Under the pieces are notes generated by a model, which was given only the letters and a program-made list of their open reading frames with translations, was not told the DNA's origin and made no database searches. Below are positions 61,363-64,000 of a DNA stretch of 64,000 bases, in pieces. Position numbers and translations under genes: made by a program. The stretch is taken from IMG/VR virus record IMGVR_UViG_3300025930_000007, positions 124,001-188,000 of that record; one strand, given 5' to 3'. Positions within the stretch are counted from its first letter, which is position 1. Every line of letters starts with the position of its first letter.

Positions 61363-61992
61363 TCATGAATCCACGATCTTCTTTCCTTCGATCGGACCGT
61401 ATTGGGCCAGCACCTTGTCGATCCAAGTCTGCGTCTTGGCCTTAGCCATGACGAGCTTGTGGCCGCTGCCGCTCTTCCCCACCACGCCCTCGAACGTCAC
61501 CTTGGGCGAGAGATCGTCCTTCCCCTCCCGGATCCGGTCGACGAAGCCGCGGGTCCAGTTGAAGCAGCCGAGGAAAGGTGCGATCCGAAGATGCTTGAAG
61601 TTGTCGAGGAACTCTTTGGGACCCAGGATGCCCTTCTTGTTGGGGCAGGCATCGAACAGAGTCAAGGTCTTTGGATCCTGGGGATCATGCTTTCCGGCAA
61701 AGGAATTCTTTCCCCAGAACTCCATGAACACGATCAGATGATCCCAGCGGTTCTTCTTGATGACCTCGTTCAGCTTCTCCTGCCAGAACTCGAGGAACAG
61801 CGGAATAGCCAAGCCGAAATCAGGATCGGTGTGATCGAACAGGCGATTGCGAGTGCCGAACTTGTGCCAGCCCTGCTTCCGGCTGTATTCGAAGCGCAGA
61901 TTGGAACCGTCGAGCTTGTCGAAGACGTAGGCAGCATCCATTTCGCGGAACTTCTGCCCGTTGCTGGATTGAATTGAAGGGTAAGGCTTCAC
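61363..61992 (-). CDS. ATP-dependent RNA ligase-like nucleotidyltransferase
   Basis: YPSI, KLDGSN (motif I), GTRN, MEFWG, LFD, EGVV, KAK. Confidence 0.8.
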   Translation of the reverse strand: MKPYPSIQSSNGQKFREMDAAYVFDKLDGSNLRFEYSRKQGWHKFGTRNRLFDHTDPDFGLAIPLFLEFWQEKLNEVIKKNRWDHLIVFMEFWGKNSFAGKHDPQDPKTLTLFDACPNKKGILGPKEFLDNFKHLRIAPFLGCFNWTRGFVDRIREGKDDLSPKVTFEGVVGKSGSGHKLVMAKAKTQTWIDKVLAQYGPIEGKKIVDS

Positions 61993-61999
61993 GGGCCTA

Positions 62000-62028
62000 A
62001 TGGTAGACCGCGTTTACCTCTGGGTCAA
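62000..62028 (-). promoter_or_regulatory. promoter with GTAAACGCGG box, probably leaderless
   Basis: TTGACC-17-TACCAT, GTG 7 nt downstream. Confidence 0.6.
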
Positions 62029-62045
62029 GATAAAAATGACGCGAG

Positions 62046-62432
62046 CTACCAACCCATTTTCTCGCGCTGACGCTTGTTCAAGATGTCCTGCCAGGCGCTC
62101 GGAGGCATCCAGAAGACGATATGTACGCCGGCGTTGATGGACTCGAAGTTCACTTGATCCCATCCGTTGTGCTTTAGGACTCTCATCACCTTTTCCCAGT
62201 TCTTGTGTTCGTTTCTTACCGTGCTCCAAGGATCTTGAATCCAGCCGTATTCCGTCCCGACGATGACGACTCCAGGATCTGGATCATGCCAGCCTTGAGC
62301 GACACCATCATCCGACCAGGAGGGACGGACTGACTCCAGATATTCCTTGCGAGCGGGAGGTCCATAAACTTGAACAAACGCCTCGCGGACGGCATCCGCG
62401 AATTGATTGGCGATCTGGTCGATTTTGCTCAT
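62046..62432 (-). CDS. hypothetical protein
   Basis: 128-aa ORF. Confidence 0.6.
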   Translation of the reverse strand: MSKIDQIANQFADAVREAFVQVYGPPARKEYLESVRPSWSDDGVAQGWHDPDPGVVIVGTEYGWIQDPWSTVRNEHKNWEKVMRVLKHNGWDQVNFESINAGVHIVFWMPPSAWQDILNKRQREKMGW

Positions 62433-62440
62433 TGTGTCCC

Positions 62441-63304
62441 TCAGGGACAGCAGAAGGCCGTGTTGTCGGGGATGTTCCCGTTCGCGAAGAAGATGCTATC
62501 GAAGGAGCCCTTCCCGTCGGCCTCATCGTTGTCCGTAATGATGATATCCATAACGGAAGGAGCTCCGGTGACAGGTCCAGGGACCAAAGGCGTGAGCGGG
62601 ACATTCACGCCGTCCAACGTCAGAGTAAGGTTGCCCAGGCCATCACCCTTTAAGATGACCGAGTGCGTCGCCCCTTGCGCCGGAGTCCATGTGAACGTAT
62701 CGAGAGTCGCCAGGTCTCCGGCAAAGCCAGTTCCATCACCCGTAAACTGGACGAGAGCCACCGCGTTACCGGCGCCGTTGAAAGCTCCGATGATATAGAC
62801 CTTGTTGAAGGTCGGGGTAAAGTTGACCTCGGTGAACTCAAACCTCAACGTCCACGTCCCCGCCGGAGTCAGGACGGATTTTCTGATCTCGCCCTGAGGG
62901 AGTCCGCTGAAGAGTGGACCGCTCCCGAGGTAGACCTTCTGGTCCGCGAAGACAACGGTGCCTGGTGGAGTTTCCACGCTCCAGCCGACGTTTCCCGTGG
63001 TAAAGCAATCGGCGAAGAGGTCGGCATTCACGCAGACAGGAGTAGGAGGCGGTGTCGGCGTAGGCGCAGGCGAAGGAGTAGGCGCAGGAGTCCCATTGTT
63101 TGCCCAAAGGCCAGAGGCCGGACCTCCGGTGGGCGAGAGACTCGGACGAGCCGTGGGCGTGGGTGCTGCCACGTTGAAGCAAACCATCTGAGGAGGCCGA
63201 TTAGGTTGCACGGGCGGCTTCACCGTGCATATGGCCTTCGGTGGTCGAACAACAGAGGGCGGCGCGGTCGGACGGGCAGGGCCCGGACGAGGCTTCCCCA
63301 TCAT
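62441..63304 (-). CDS. GPASGLW/Pro-Thr stalk protein with lectin/LamG-like head, paralog of 26803-27723
   Basis: GGPASGLW, PTPPPTPVC, ADCF, WTP..GATHSV, LTLDGVNVPLT, FCC terminus. Confidence 0.7.
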   Translation of the reverse strand: MMGKPRPGPARPTAPPSVVRPPKAICTVKPPVQPNRPPQMVCFNVAAPTPTARPSLSPTGGPASGLWANNGTPAPTPSPAPTPTPPPTPVCVNADLFADCFTTGNVGWSVETPPGTVVFADQKVYLGSGPLFSGLPQGEIRKSVLTPAGTWTLRFEFTEVNFTPTFNKVYIIGAFNGAGNAVALVQFTGDGTGFAGDLATLDTFTWTPAQGATHSVILKGDGLGNLTLTLDGVNVPLTPLVPGPVTGAPSVMDIIITDNDEADGKGSFDSIFFANGNIPDNTAFCCP

Positions 63305-63606
63305 CAGGTCACCAGATCGATCATAACAACTTCGATATCGTCATCCAGCGGTCCCATGTCCGAACGCCAATCATCCCACTCGGAGATCGCATCCGTCCAC
63401 CGCTCTTCCTTGACTGCCTTGATGATGGAGCGAAGCTTGTCCGCATCATCCTCATCGAATCCGATCGAATCAAGGTCGGTTTGAGCCAGATATTCGATGC
63501 TCTTGGCCGCGGCTTGGTTCGCGACATGCTCGTTCAGGAACACGGTATAGTCCGTTTCCCTCGAGATGTCCTTGGAGATCAACAGCCATGCCTTATCAGC
63601 AGCCAT
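63304..63606 (-). CDS. acidic hypothetical protein
   Basis: 100-aa ORF with TGATG overlap. Confidence 0.6.
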   Translation of the reverse strand: MAADKAWLLISKDISRETDYTVFLNEHVANQAAAKSIEYLAQTDLDSIGFDEDDADKLRSIIKAVKEERWTDAISEWDDWRSDMGPLDDDIEVVMIDLVT

Positions 63607-63609
63607 TTT

Positions 63610-63915
63610 TTATCCCTTGAAGTCGATCCGTGGATGTCTCTGCTCATCGATGACGAATCCAAAAGGACTACGTTCATCGTACTCGTCTGCCGGTACGACG
63701 AAATAAGCCGTGTCCTTGGGAAGCTTGTAGTCGGCCGTGCGGCCGCCGCGGCCAGCGAAGACCACGACTTGACCCGGAGGGACCTGGCTGTGCCAGTCGC
63801 CCCAAGCCGCCAAGCCGAGATAATCGTTCTTATGTAGAATCTTGAATGCGGTCTCGTCTTTAGCGCGAGATTCTCCCGGAGGAATAACTTCCTTGTAGTA
63901 AAGCTCGTATGCCAT
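63610..63915 (-). CDS. hypothetical protein
   Basis: 101-aa ORF. Confidence 0.6.
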   Translation of the reverse strand: MAYELYYKEVIPPGESRAKDETAFKILHKNDYLGLAAWGDWHSQVPPGQVVVFAGRGGRTADYKLPKDTAYFVVPADEYDERSPFGFVIDEQRHPRIDFKG

Positions 63916-64000
63916 CGGAACGTAATTCTTCAGGATTTCCTTGGCCCGGGCTCTCTCTTCCTTGGTGAAGGCATTAGGGAAGACGGTCGCTACGATCGAC

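Larger units (their letters stand above)
39561..61366 (-). other. long co-oriented array of small phage hypothetical ORFs (accessory or early region)
   Basis: Dozens of 50-200 aa ORFs with ATGA/GTGA overlaps, SD motifs, many CxxC pairs and small TM proteins. Confidence 0.7.

Noticed and set aside
1-64000. Genome-wide stop-codon reassignment
   Set aside because: Recognisable genes are intact under code 11, and TAA, TAG and TGA all occur at natural gene ends.
1-64000. tRNA, rRNA or riboswitch genes, including a suppressor tRNA
   Set aside because: None recognised by eye; tRNAscan-SE and Infernal are needed to exclude them, especially at 13715-13785 and 37615-37915.

Overview
GC-rich, gene-dense window that looks like part of a large bacteriophage or virus-like element. 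It has short overlapping ORFs, many small Cys-rich hypotheticals, phage accessory domains and no host housekeeping operon. No capsid, terminase, polymerase, rRNA, tRNA or CRISPR array was recognised, so viral identity is an inference. Genes run mostly on + from 1 to 24.56 kb and on - from 24.56 to 64 kb. One gene resembles Planctomycetota proteins, hinting at the host. Family names come from motif recognition by eye, not from database searches. Main finding: a prfB-like release factor (4454-5522, -) keeps the autoregulatory +1 frameshift cassette, but the sensor stop is UAG (GAGGAG-TCG-CTT-TAG-C) instead of UGA. Its codon-reading loop is an RF1/RF2 chimera (HRVQHVSRF), suggesting a self-regulating release factor with changed specificity. 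Second, about ten + strand proteins share an N-terminal (L/M)G(Q/A) leader, often with a membrane anchor, and similar motifs occur as linkers in multidomain proteins. Third, three proteins share a GPASGLW motif plus a Pro/Thr stalk with variable heads, one being a DUF3494 ice-binding domain. Also present: a GTAAACCGCG-type box inside seven sigma70-like promoters, several probable leaderless genes and a 52-bp AT-rich palindrome.
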